From a virus (taxonomy: Duplodnaviria > Caudoviricetes): a stretch of DNA of 49,794 nt. Under the pieces are notes generated by a model that did not search any database, was not told where the DNA came from, and was given only the letters and a program-made list of their open reading frames with translations. Made by a program: the position numbers and the translations under genes. The stretch's first letter is position 1. Every line of letters begins with the position of its first letter. The stretch spans positions 1-49,794 of the IMG/VR virus record IMGVR_UViG_3300049200_000031; one strand, written 5' to 3'. Below are positions 28,761 to 37,657 of this stretch, piece after piece.

Positions 28761-30798
28761 TAAAAGCAAGGTGCAGTGGGATGATTCTCCGCAAATCGAT
28801 CCATCGCAGGTGCAATGGGACGACGAGCCGCCGAAGCGGCCCGCCGCTGGCGCCCTGTCACGCACGCGTGCCGCCGTCGCAGGCATCAACAAGGGCTTCT
28901 GGTCCGACCTGCTGGGCCTCCCTGTCGACACGGCCGCCAACGTGCTCGACCTGGGCAAGGCCGCTATCGGCACCGGCTACCAGGCCGTCACCGGCAAGAC
29001 GGCGCCGGACGCCCTGCTGCCCTACGATCGTTCGAAGGTGCCGGGTACGGCCGAGTGGATCGCTGAGCGCTTTCGCAAGAACGGCATGGCCGGCGCGATC
29101 GACAACCCGAACCCGGAAGACCAGGCTTCGCGCATCCTGCACATGGGCGGGCGCGCCGCCGGGGCGTCTGTGGTTCCGAACCCGCGCGCCGCCGTATCGC
29201 TGACGACCAACGCCGCGAACATGGCCAAAGGTGCAGTGGGCGGCTTGGCTGCCGGTTCTGTGGGCGAGGTGGCGCCAGAATGGGCTGGCCTGGCCGGCAT
29301 GGTGCCCCAGCTGGCCGGCATGGCTGGCGCGGCCGGCGTCAAGCGCTTCGTTCGCGGCGGCGAGCAGGGGCGTCAGTCGATGGCCCAGCGCATGCAGGAC
29401 CTGTACGAGGGTGGCATTGCCGAGCCGTCGGCCGGCCTCGCCGCCGGCAACCGCACGCTGATGGGCGTCGAGAATATTCTGTCGCAAACCCCCGGCTCGG
29501 TCGGTGTGTTCGAGAAGGCGCGCACCAAGAACCTCGAAGGTATGCAGGCGCGCGCGCAGCGGGTGCGTGACAGCGCGTCGAAGGAATTTGGCCCAGCTGT
29601 GGCTGGCGGCGCCATGCAGGCCGACCTCAAGGGGAAGTTTAAGGACCGCATCAATGAGACATACGGGCGCCTGAGCGACCGCTTTGCCGGCGCCGTGCCG
29701 CCTGACCAGCGCTTTCCTATCAGCGGCACCATGGGCGCCCTGGATGCCGCCACGGCCGTCAACCCGCTGGCGCCGCAGACAACCAGCAGCTTCGTGCAGC
29801 CGCGCATCGCTGGGATGCGCGAGAACATACTGGCCGACACGACTGTCCCAGTGCCCGGTATGTACCAGAACACCACGCGGAACCAGGGTCTACCTCTGAG
29901 CGCCATCAAGGAAATTCGCACCGACATCGGCAAGGAGGCGGCAAGCCGTGCGATCTTCGGAACCCCTGAGCAGGCCGATTTCAAGCAATTGTACGGCGGC
30001 TTGAGTCAGGATATGAAGAACGCCGCGCGCGTCACCGACTTGGCCGCCGGCCCGCAGCCGAACGGTATCGGACCAGCTCAGACGGCGCTGAACCGGGCGA
30101 ATACATACTATAGCAAGGGCATGACGCGCGCGGACGACCTGGCTGCCTTGGCCAACAACGCCACGCCGGAAGGCGCCTACAACTCGATTGCCAACTCGCT
30201 CAACAGCGGTGGCACCATGTATTCCAAGCTGCGCAATGCGGTTTCCCCGGAAACGCGCGGAAAGATATTGGCCACGGTGATAGACGACATGGGCATGGCC
30301 ACGCCTGGCCAGCAGGGCGCCGACGGCAATACCTGGTCGCCGCGCACCTTCCTGACGAACTACAACCGAATCGACGCAGGCGGGCGCGCTGAGCTTTTCA
30401 AGCGCATCCAAGGAGGGCCGCAGATGGCGCGCGACCTGACATCAATTGCGAAGACGGCCGACATGCTGGGCGACTCTTCGAAGATCTGGTCGAACCCTTC
30501 CGGCACGGCCCCGGCGCTTAGCGCGCGCGCCACGCTCGGTGGCCTGACAGCTGGTGCAATCTTCAGTCCAATGCTGGCAGCTGGCACAGCCGGTAGCTTG
30601 CTGGCGGCCAATCAGGCATCGCGCCTGTTGCTCAATCCGAAGTTTGTGAACTGGCTGGCAAAGGCGCCGAAGCAGGCCACTCCGGCGCAGGTGCAGGCCT
30701 ACAGCCAGCGCCTCATTGCCAATGCGAACATGGCGAACGACCCGCAGTTCAAGCAGGACGTTGTCGACTACCTTGAATCAGTTGAACAGGGCGAGTAG
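28750..30798 (+). CDS. Large DNA ejection protein (gp16-like)
   Basis: 682-aa Ala/Gly-rich; NPSGTA and LLxNPKFVNWL C-terminal motifs. Confidence 0.75.
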   Translation: MAIDKSKVQWDDSPQIDPSQVQWDDEPPKRPAAGALSRTRAAVAGINKGFWSDLLGLPVDTAANVLDLGKAAIGTGYQAVTGKTAPDALLPYDRSKVPGTAEWIAERFRKNGMAGAIDNPNPEDQASRILHMGGRAAGASVVPNPRAAVSLTTNAANMAKGAVGGLAAGSVGEVAPEWAGLAGMVPQLAGMAGAAGVKRFVRGGEQGRQSMAQRMQDLYEGGIAEPSAGLAAGNRTLMGVENILSQTPGSVGVFEKARTKNLEGMQARAQRVRDSASKEFGPAVAGGAMQADLKGKFKDRINETYGRLSDRFAGAVPPDQRFPISGTMGALDAATAVNPLAPQTTSSFVQPRIAGMRENILADTTVPVPGMYQNTTRNQGLPLSAIKEIRTDIGKEAASRAIFGTPEQADFKQLYGGLSQDMKNAARVTDLAAGPQPNGIGPAQTALNRANTYYSKGMTRADDLAALANNATPEGAYNSIANSLNSGGTMYSKLRNAVSPETRGKILATVIDDMGMATPGQQGADGNTWSPRTFLTNYNRIDAGGRAELFKRIQGGPQMARDLTSIAKTADMLGDSSKIWSNPSGTAPALSARATLGGLTAGAIFSPMLAAGTAGSLLAANQASRLLLNPKFVNWLAKAPKQATPAQVQAYSQRLIANANMANDPQFKQDVVDYLESVEQGE

Positions 30799-30927
30799 CA
30801 CGATGGCGATGCCGACGGCGAAGGCCAGGGGATAGCCGAAAAACATGGCTGTGAACCAGTTCGACTCGAACGGCGGCTCGTCGGGCTCGCTGTAAAGCGG
30901 CGCATCGTTTTTGTATTCTGGCAACAT
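30778..30927 (-). CDS. 49-aa membrane microprotein (moron)
   Basis: AGGAGG RBS, TATAAT at 30957-30952; MLPEYKNDAPLYSEPDEPPFESNWFTAMFFGYPLAFAVGIAIVLLALFN. Confidence 0.65.
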   Translation of the reverse strand: MLPEYKNDAPLYSEPDEPPFESNWFTAMFFGYPLAFAVGIAIVLLALFN

Positions 30928-30969
30928 CGCTTCGCCTCCTGGTGAGCGCCAATTATATACCCCAATCTG

Positions 30970-30991
30970 GCCCGCCTCGCGCGGGCTTTTT
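30970..30991 (+). terminator. Intrinsic terminator
   Basis: GCCCGC-CTCGC-GCGGGC-TTTTT. Confidence 0.65.
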
Positions 30992-31009
30992 CATATCTAA
31001 GGAGCAAGA

Positions 31010-31210
31010 ATGCGCGAACCGACAAACCAAGTTGCCGACGCTGTTGTAAGGGCTGCGCCGCCGGCGGCCGTGACCTTTTCCGACTTGGTGCTGGGCATGC
31101 CGGTCGAGAAGTGGTTGACGGTCACCCTGATCATCTACACGGTGCTGCAGATCGTGCTCCTGGTGCGCGACCGGGTGGTGCGCCGCAAGCGCGCCGAGGA
31201 CAAGACATGA
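31010..31210 (+). CDS. Holin
   Basis: Small TM protein with basic C-tail directly before the endolysin. Confidence 0.7.
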   Translation: MREPTNQVADAVVRAAPPAAVTFSDLVLGMPVEKWLTVTLIIYTVLQIVLLVRDRVVRRKRAEDKT

Positions 31211-31629
31211 ACCGCGACCGGCTCAAGGCCCAGCTCGTTGTCGACGAGGGCCGCAAGAAGCGCATCTACACCGACACTGCGGGAAAGATCACCGGTGGCG
31301 TCGGGCGCAACCTGACCGACCGGGATTTCTCCGACGACGAAATCGACCTGATGCTCGACAACGACATCAACCTGGTCGTGGGCCAGCTGGACAAGCATTT
31401 GCCGTGGTGGCGAACCATGACCGATGCCCGGCAGGGGGTGCTGGCGAACATGGCATTCAACCTGGGGATCGGCGGCCTGATGGGCTTCAAGAACACGCTC
31501 ACCTTCATGCAAGCCGGGAAGTACGAGGCGGCCGCGCAGGGAATGATGGCCAGCAAGTGGGCAACCCAAGTCGGAAAGCGCGCCGCCCGCCTGGCGGCAA
31601 TGATGCGAAGCGGGGAGTACCTGAAATGA
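31207..31629 (+). CDS. Endolysin, GH24 (T4-type) lysozyme
   Basis: E-x8-D-x5-T triad (DEGRKKRIYTDTAGKIT), NMAFNLG, SKWATQVGKRA. Confidence 0.93.
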   Translation: MNRDRLKAQLVVDEGRKKRIYTDTAGKITGGVGRNLTDRDFSDDEIDLMLDNDINLVVGQLDKHLPWWRTMTDARQGVLANMAFNLGIGGLMGFKNTLTFMQAGKYEAAAQGMMASKWATQVGKRAARLAAMMRSGEYLK

Positions 31630-31763
31630 AAAAAGCAATCTTGATGCTGGCCCTAGCCGGCACCCTGGCCGGCTGCGCGAACCTGAAATTCCAGTGGGCA
31701 GCGTCCTACCAGACCGACAACCTTGCAGCCGACATCGAGGCCGCGCGCGCGGAACGGAAATGA
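31626..31763 (+). CDS. Small lipoprotein in lysis cassette (45 aa)
   Basis: MKK + hydrophobic stretch + LAGC lipobox. Confidence 0.75.
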   Translation: MKKAILMLALAGTLAGCANLKFQWAASYQTDNLAADIEAARAERK

Positions 31764-32131
31764 GCGGCTTCCTTTCCAAGTTGGCCATGGAAGCGGTCGG
31801 GGACGACGACAGCGGGACCTGGCTGCTCACTGAGCCCCTGATGTACTACTCCGATGTCGCCGAGCGCCTGATCATCGTGCCGCGTGGCTTCCAGACGGAC
31901 TTGGCCAGTACGCCGCGCCTGCCAGTCATCTACCTGCTTGCCGGGAACGTGGCCACGAAAGCGGCCGTCGTCCATGACTGGCTGTATTCGTCGGGCGAGG
32001 TGTCGCGCAAGGTGGCTGACGCGGTACTGCGCGAGGCGTCGGAGGCGTCCGGGGTGTCCTGGTTCCAGCGCTGGATGATGTGGGCGGGGGTGCGAATTGG
32101 CGGATCGTCGCACTACACCGAAACCAGATAG
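31760..32131 (+). CDS. DUF1353 family protein
   Basis: VPRGFQTDLASTPR, AAVVHDWLY, ADAVLREA, VRIGG motifs. Confidence 0.85.
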   Translation: MSGFLSKLAMEAVGDDDSGTWLLTEPLMYYSDVAERLIIVPRGFQTDLASTPRLPVIYLLAGNVATKAAVVHDWLYSSGEVSRKVADAVLREASEASGVSWFQRWMMWAGVRIGGSSHYTETR

Positions 32132-32168
32132 AAGTCGGCGTACAATATACACTTCCGACGGAGGGTAT

Positions 32169-32651
32169 ATGCCGACACTACAGGCAGTCGAAGGACTGCA
32201 ATTCAACCATCTCATCATCATCCGGCGCCTGCCCAAGGACCCAGAGTTCAAGAGCCGGGCAACCCGAGTGCTTGCGCGGTGCAAGTGCGGGTCCGAGAAA
32301 CCATACTTTCTCGCACTGCTCAAGGCTGGGAATACGAAATCATGCGGGTGTCCTGGTCTCGATCCACGGCGCAGCGGCCTCGACGTTCATGTTCGAGAAA
32401 ACGGGATCTGGCGGAATTTGAAACAACGGTGCCTCAACCCAAATAGTCCGCATTACGCAAACTTCGGTGGCAGTGGACTGACCATGTGCGCCCGGTGGAC
32501 CGTGTTCAAACATTTCTTCGAAGATATGGGCGAATGCCCTGTAGGGATGGGGCTCGGCCGTCGCGACCCAAGCAGTGGGTACGATAAGGAAAACTGCATC
32601 TGGAAGACCAGGAAAGATTTAGCACGAGAACGTCGCGCCAAATTCTGTTAG
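32169..32651 (+). CDS. HNH homing-endonuclease-like protein, possibly degenerate
   Basis: CKCG...SCGC, W..LKQRC.NP, C.RW..F..F..DMG, GY.KENC.W pattern. Confidence 0.75.
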   Translation: MPTLQAVEGLQFNHLIIIRRLPKDPEFKSRATRVLARCKCGSEKPYFLALLKAGNTKSCGCPGLDPRRSGLDVHVRENGIWRNLKQRCLNPNSPHYANFGGSGLTMCARWTVFKHFFEDMGECPVGMGLGRRDPSSGYDKENCIWKTRKDLARERRAKFC

Positions 32652-32697
32652 ACGATCGTCTTATATACAGTATTGGGTATACGTACAGTTTCGCACG

Positions 32698-32710
32698 TAA
32701 CCCATTGATT
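32698..32710 (-). promoter_or_regulatory. IHF binding site in att region
   Basis: Reverse complement AATCAATGGGTTA matches WATCAANNNNTTR. Confidence 0.7.
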
Positions 32711-32714
32711 TCAT

Positions 32715-32759
32715 TGGTCGGGACGGAGTGATTCGAACACTCGACCCCTTGCACCCCAT
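32715..32759 (-). other. att core: 3' half of tRNA-Pro(GGG)
   Basis: Reverse complement ATGGGGTGCAAGGGGTCGAGTGTTCGAATCACTCCGTCCCGACCA = anticodon loop, T arm and acceptor CCA; 5' half absent; adjacent to integrase. Confidence 0.9.
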
Positions 32760-32877
32760 TGAGGGTTGCGCTAAGAATGCGCCTAGCGGTTATTGACTGG
32801 CGCCGTATTTCGTCAAATATACAGTGCTTTTGCCATGTCGGTGCTAGCCAGTGCTGGCAGCGCCATTTCTGCCGATA

Positions 32878-34026
32878 TTAGACGCCTTTGGACGTCTTTT
32901 GGACGTCAATCCAAGGCAGCGGCAGGTCGATATGCGACACGTCCGCGACAGCTTCCTTCAAGTATATCTCGGTCGTCTCCTCGTTCATGTGCGCCAGTCG
33001 CTCTTGAATCTCTTTCCTCCCCTTCCCTGCCTTCAGCGCATCCGTGGCGCCCAGCGCGCGCAAGTCTTTGAACCAGACCGATTCCTTGATGCCAGCGCGC
33101 TCCCTGGCTCTGTCCCACATCGAGAACAAGCCGCTTTTCGTGTACGGCGTACCCTTCTGCGACGGGAACAGGTAGCCGGCGTCCTTCCTCAGCTTGTAGC
33201 CTGCCTTGATCGCTCTGGCCCGGTCAAGTACACCCTGAATCTCGCTGGTGATCGCAAACTCGACAATCTTGCCGCTCGACTTCTTGGTCTTGGACGCCTG
33301 AATACGAATCTTGCCGTCCTCAATCTGCCCCTCGGTGAGCATACGAATGTCGATTGCGCGCGCCCACAGCAGATAGGTCATGTCGATAATGCAGGCGAAC
33401 ATAGGCCCGCTGGCGGTCGGGATCTGCTTGCCCGTACTCTTGCGCGGCTTGCTGGTCATGCCGTGTGTCCGGATCAGTGCCACCTGGTCGTGTGTCGGCA
33501 GCACCTCGCGGCGCGCCGTTTCGAAGTCGGCCATGTCCAGCTGGTCGATGGGGTTGTCCTGGCGCAGGCCATGGCGCGAGATCGCATGCTTGAACAGCTT
33601 GCGGGCCAGGCCGGCATACTTCTGGGCCGTGTTGGGCATGGCGCCGAAGCGCTCATAGAGGAAGTCCGCGAAATCCTTGGTGGTGACTTCGGACGAATGA
33701 AATTCTTCGAACTCGTCGGCTATCACGTCGAGGTACTGGGAATACTGCTCTTGCACTGCCTTGCTGAACGGTTTCAACTTGTTGGCCTTGAAGTCGGCGC
33801 ACAGAAATGGCATGCTCCCGGCGCGCAGCGTGGGCCCGCCGATCAGGCCAGCCAGGGCGGTGAGCATAGCGCTCTTGCCCTGGTCGACGCGGGACAACTG
33901 GATCCAGGCCTGCACCTTGTCGTTCTTCGGGTTGAGCATCGGCTCGACCGGAACAAAGAAATACGCCCCAGACTTCACATAGACGCGCTGGGGAAGGTCC
34001 TTATCCTTGGTGCGGCGTCGGTTCAT
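32878..34026 (-). CDS. int: Tyrosine integrase
   Basis: DLPQRVYVKSGAYFF arm domain; WARAIDI, KTKK, FKDLRA and LAH...TEIY catalytic motifs. Confidence 0.95.
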   Translation of the reverse strand: MNRRRTKDKDLPQRVYVKSGAYFFVPVEPMLNPKNDKVQAWIQLSRVDQGKSAMLTALAGLIGGPTLRAGSMPFLCADFKANKLKPFSKAVQEQYSQYLDVIADEFEEFHSSEVTTKDFADFLYERFGAMPNTAQKYAGLARKLFKHAISRHGLRQDNPIDQLDMADFETARREVLPTHDQVALIRTHGMTSKPRKSTGKQIPTASGPMFACIIDMTYLLWARAIDIRMLTEGQIEDGKIRIQASKTKKSSGKIVEFAITSEIQGVLDRARAIKAGYKLRKDAGYLFPSQKGTPYTKSGLFSMWDRARERAGIKESVWFKDLRALGATDALKAGKGRKEIQERLAHMNEETTEIYLKEAVADVSHIDLPLPWIDVQKTSKGV

Positions 34027-34235
34027 TGACGAGCTGATTTGCGCTGTGGGCGCTCTTCTGGCGCGTTTGCAGCCTGTTGGCGGGCGACCAGATCGACGCG
34101 CAGCACACAGATCGTGTTGTCGTGCCGGCGTGTGGCCGGAATTCCCAGGGCCAGCAGGTCGCGCAGCTGCTCCACGGGGCGCTTGCGGTGCGTGATGGCG
34201 ACGATCTCTTCCGCCGAAAGTACCAAATCGGACAT
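34023..34235 (-). CDS. DUF4224 excisionase-like protein
   Basis: LSAEEIVAITHRKRPVEQ...LGIP; coupled to int. Confidence 0.8.
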   Translation of the reverse strand: MSDLVLSAEEIVAITHRKRPVEQLRDLLALGIPATRRHDNTICVLRVDLVARQQAANAPEERPQRKSARQ

Positions 34236-34246
34236 TGCGTTTTCCA

Positions 34247-34579
34247 TCATTCCCCCTGTGGTTTTGGTGCAGCAGCAATTAGGTCTTTATAGACCGGGTA
34301 GCAATTCCAAAATCCATGTTTTCTCTGCGCAGCGTAATACGCTTGCTCTATTTCCTTTGTTGGCTCCATCGGCATCAGCATCCAGCCATCAGGCACCGCT
34401 GCTACTGGCGGCAGTGCTGCGCGGACATGTTCGGCGCTGGCTTTCCAGACGCGCCACCATGCGTCCTGCCAAGGCCATTCGTAGCTCTCGCCACGGCGCG
34501 CGACTTTGAAGTTGTGTCCGGCCTCAAGGCATTTCGCTTCAAACGCATCGCGCTCGGCTTGGCTCTCTGTATGGGTCAT
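34247..34579 (-). CDS. Hypothetical protein
   Basis: ERDAFEA and VPDGWxLxPxEPT...AAAPK modules of phage early genes. Confidence 0.7.
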   Translation of the reverse strand: MTHTESQAERDAFEAKCLEAGHNFKVARRGESYEWPWQDAWWRVWKASAEHVRAALPPVAAVPDGWMLMPMEPTKEIEQAYYAAQRKHGFWNCYPVYKDLIAAAPKPQGE

Positions 34580-34582
34580 GGT

Positions 34583-34735
34583 TTAGCTTTCAAGAATGAC
34601 AATATTGGTGTCGTAGCCGTTCCTGATCCGCGACAGTTCTTCGTGCCCGCATTCTTCGATCCAGTCTTCAGCCTCGTCCACGGTGTCGAAGGTTTCGAGA
34701 ATATCGCCCATGGTGTTCCAGACGACGGCGCGCAT
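34583..34735 (-). CDS. Small acidic protein (50 aa)
   Basis: MRAVVWNTMGDILETFDTVDEAEDWIEE...; TGATG coupling. Confidence 0.6.
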   Translation of the reverse strand: MRAVVWNTMGDILETFDTVDEAEDWIEECGHEELSRIRNGYDTNIVILES

Positions 34736-35460
34736 CACTTCCCCTCCAACTGTGCGCGAGCCAGATTGGCGGCAGCGGTGCGGAATCCCGATACGGTCGT
34801 GCGGACCTGCAATTCATCGAAGCCGAACTTGCTTTTCTCGGCGTCGATACCTTGCGATGCCAGAGCGTCCACCACTTGCTGATATGACGCGGCCTCAATC
34901 GCCGCCACCAGGTCCACCGCTGGCTTGTTCGCCTTCTCGCGCAAGTGATCGAGCATTGCAGCAAGGTCAAAAGGCACGCCGCCCTCGTCGTAAAGTTGGT
35001 AGGTTGGGATATTGGCACATGCCGCAACGCACGCTTGTGCGCGCTCATCCACCGCTGGCTGTGCTGGGGCGGTTTTGAGGGCGCGGATGTTGTCCGCAAT
35101 CTGCGCTCCGTCAGGGTTCCCGGTATCCCAATTGTCAGCAATTTCGGCTGCATCTTCCAGTGCTTCATTTCGGGCTTCAGCCTCTTGCGCATTCGTCGCC
35201 CTACTCTCTGCCGCCATGCGGATTGCGTCCTCGCGGCTCTCGCCTGCGCGCATCAGCGTTGCGGCAACAGGATCGCCAGCCTCTTGCGCGGGTACTTGTG
35301 CTTGGGTTTGTAGGGTAACTGCGACCGAGTAAGACCCGACGAAGGGGTAATTCTTGTGCAGTTCGCACCCGTCCCAGCAGCCGGTGGTGGGCTTTGCGCA
35401 CTTACCCTGCTTGCAGAGTGCGTCCGGGACGAGTTTGCATAACTTTGGTGCCATGCTCAC
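34735..35460 (-). CDS. Hypothetical protein
   Basis: 241-aa ORF with Cys-rich N-terminus and RNEALEDAA module. Confidence 0.65.
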   Translation of the reverse strand: MSMAPKLCKLVPDALCKQGKCAKPTTGCWDGCELHKNYPFVGSYSVAVTLQTQAQVPAQEAGDPVAATLMRAGESREDAIRMAAESRATNAQEAEARNEALEDAAEIADNWDTGNPDGAQIADNIRALKTAPAQPAVDERAQACVAACANIPTYQLYDEGGVPFDLAAMLDHLREKANKPAVDLVAAIEAASYQQVVDALASQGIDAEKSKFGFDELQVRTTVSGFRTAAANLARAQLEGK

Positions 35461-36458
35461 GATGCGTCTCCTTGTGGCTGTTCTTGGGCGGCACGGTACC
35501 CGCGTTCAAATGCTTCCCGGTTGCTGTACGCGCGGCTCATCACCGAATCGTGCGGGCTATCTGGAATTGGAAATTCCTTATCCAACGCTTTTTCTAATGC
35601 TGCATCCCTGCCCGCCTCTTGCGCCGGGTCGGCTTTGGCTGCGTGCTCCACGATGCAGCTTGCGGTCCCGCGTTCACACATTCGGCTGGAAAACACATCG
35701 CGGGCGCATTCATCCCCCGCTCTGGCGCTCTGCTGGTCTTGCCGTGCGTCGTATCCGACCTCCCAGCCATTCTGCCAAGCCACAGAACTAGGGTACTCGT
35801 ATATTTCAGGAGCATCCGGCGTGGCGCTCTGCTGGCCTTGGGGCGCAGAAATTTCCTCAGCGATGGCTCGCAAAAGTTCAGGCTCACGCGGCTTCCAATC
35901 TGGTGCTTGCCGTGGCCTTGCCGATATTTCAAGGGCATCCAGCAGCGGCATCACATCGTCATGAAAGACAAGCCACACCTCCTCCGCAGGGCCGTCAGCG
36001 CCAAGCTCGTGAATCTTGTCAATGGTGACGGTGCCCATAATGAGGATGTTCTGAATCTCGCGCAATGCTGGCAACAAGCGCTTAAACTCTGGCGCCAACT
36101 CCGCCGCCACCGGCGTGCTGGCTGGTTCCGGGCGTGCGAGGGCGGCGCGTGCCACGCATTCGTACAATTCACGTTGTGCGCTGGTCAGGTCGTCCCAGCT
36201 TTCTACGTGATCCGGCGCGAGCACATGGAAGACGGCTTTGGCGGCATCTTGCACGTTCGGCTCGCCCGGCTGGTCTGCGTTTAATTTTGCCAGCAAGGCG
36301 TCCGCGATTTCTTGCGAGGCGCCTTTGAGGACTACGATTTGAGCGCAGTTTCCAAGCTTCTCGATGAAGCTTTGCGGCAGTACCAGTGCTGGGCAGTCGT
36401 GGATAATTGAGCGCGTCAACTTGTACAGCGCTGGCAGGTCTTTGTGTGCGGTGGTCAT
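35457..36458 (-). CDS. Hypothetical modular early protein
   Basis: AAGGA RBS before MTTAHKD. Confidence 0.65.
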   Translation of the reverse strand: MTTAHKDLPALYKLTRSIIHDCPALVLPQSFIEKLGNCAQIVVLKGASQEIADALLAKLNADQPGEPNVQDAAKAVFHVLAPDHVESWDDLTSAQRELYECVARAALARPEPASTPVAAELAPEFKRLLPALREIQNILIMGTVTIDKIHELGADGPAEEVWLVFHDDVMPLLDALEISARPRQAPDWKPREPELLRAIAEEISAPQGQQSATPDAPEIYEYPSSVAWQNGWEVGYDARQDQQSARAGDECARDVFSSRMCERGTASCIVEHAAKADPAQEAGRDAALEKALDKEFPIPDSPHDSVMSRAYSNREAFERGYRAAQEQPQGDAS

Positions 36459-36586
36459 GGTGCGGTCCTTTTGTAGTTGTGCTGCCATGCTGTCGTTGCG
36501 CGCCAGAGCGCTGCGAACTGGCTTGCCATGTTCTGCTCTCGCATCGCTTGGTGCAGGGCTTTGTGGAAGGTGGTCATGGTGATTCC

Positions 36587-36901
36587 TTAGTCTTTGTTGC
36601 AATCGTGCTCTTCGTTGCTGAAGAGATGGGCGTCCGAAAACTCGCGCGGTTCGTTGTCGTCACGCTGCATATTCCGGTATTGGCCGGTGCGCTTTTCCTG
36701 CTTTGATGCCTTGCAGGACTTTGAGCAGTACAAGCCCCAGCCGCGTTTCACGTCAGCGCTCCGGGCCAGGAACAGGCCCTTGCACCACTTGCATTTGCGC
36801 TCGACCATCTTTGGCTGGGGCACGCGGACAGAAGTGGTTGCTGGAACAGTTTGTTGTGGCTTCACAGGCGCGTATTCGACGCCATTGATGATGACGCTCA
36901 T
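36587..36901 (-). CDS. Zn-finger protein
   Basis: CKWC...RGWGLYCSKSC. Confidence 0.75.
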   Translation of the reverse strand: MSVIINGVEYAPVKPQQTVPATTSVRVPQPKMVERKCKWCKGLFLARSADVKRGWGLYCSKSCKASKQEKRTGQYRNMQRDDNEPREFSDAHLFSNEEHDCNKD

Positions 36902-37497
36902 GTGCGCTCCCTATCGGCAGCAAGGGCGGCGCGAACGACAGCGGCGTATTCTTCGCCCTTCTCCCTGTCGATCAACGCTAGCTCGCCAATGCCAAGCATT
37001 AGTGCGTCGTAGATCGGATTCCCCTTGGCCATCACATCCGGCACGCTCACCACCTTGGTGGCATCCGGCTCGGGCGCGGGGTGGGGATAAAGCGCTCGTA
37101 CTTCGCTGTCGGCGGTCGTTGCATACACCCGCGAATTGAAAGTGTTGGCGAGCGTCCACGCTTCGCCCTTCTTGCGCCACTGCCACGCGAACGGTTCCAC
37201 CCCCGCTACTTGGGCGGCTGGCTTGCGGGTCCAGGCGGCTTCTGCTTCCTTGAGTACGAGTTCAAGGTGGTGCATGAACCATGCTGACCTGTAGTTGTCT
37301 GCATCGTCGTACTCGTAGATAAATCGGTGCAGCGCGGACGCCAGCTTACTATCTGACTCAGCGCTGTACCCGCCTTCAGCAACGCGCTTGGCGATAAAGT
37401 TCGAGTTCTCGACGCGCAATTCACACTCGCTCCAATCAGGCAGACTGTTTGGCGGTGCTGGTTCGCGGTCGTCGAGCATGGTTTTGGTGTCGGTCAT
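36898..37497 (-). CDS. Hypothetical early protein
   Basis: MTDTKT start after GAGGA; EPxAW...VRALY module. Confidence 0.65.
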   Translation of the reverse strand: MTDTKTMLDDREPAPPNSLPDWSECELRVENSNFIAKRVAEGGYSAESDSKLASALHRFIYEYDDADNYRSAWFMHHLELVLKEAEAAWTRKPAAQVAGVEPFAWQWRKKGEAWTLANTFNSRVYATTADSEVRALYPHPAPEPDATKVVSVPDVMAKGNPIYDALMLGIGELALIDREKGEEYAAVVRAALAADRERT

Positions 37498-37501
37498 GGT
37501 G

Positions 37502-37657
37502 TTAGTCCTCGTCGGAGTAGAGTTGCACGACGTTGTTACCGCCATCGTGCACAAGGCCGGATACAGCTTCCCAATCCTGCGACTCCGGGTCATAAATATG
37601 GACAACGTCGGTCGGGTTGCACGCCTTTAACGTGTCGATCAGTTCTTGAACGGTCAT
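37502..37657 (-). CDS. Small hypothetical protein (51 aa)
   Basis: MTVQELIDTLK family start; coupled. Confidence 0.65.
   Translation of the reverse strand: MTVQELIDTLKACNPTDVVHIYDPESQDWEAVSGLVHDGGNNVVQLYSDED

Noticed and set aside
32655-32690. LexA boxes near att (CTGTACGTATACCCAA, CTGTATATAAGACG on minus strand)
   Set aside because: Neither completes CTG-N10-CAG, no gene is suitably placed, and the motif recurs on the other att arm, which fits recombination sites better.
32690-32800. Intact tRNA-Pro gene
   Set aside because: Only the anticodon loop to CCA is present; the 5' acceptor strand, D arm and 5' anticodon stem are missing, so it is an att core.
33040-33080. Integrase inactivated because HxxR reads KDLR
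   Set aside because: Lys at this position is a known natural variant, and the other catalytic residues (R, K, H, Y) are present.
32851-34029. Long antisense ORFs (e.g. 32851-34029, 17883-19100, 16617-17789, 37948-39249, 5305-6354)
   Set aside because: They are shadows of real genes on the opposite strand in GC-rich DNA, with no RBS or family motifs.
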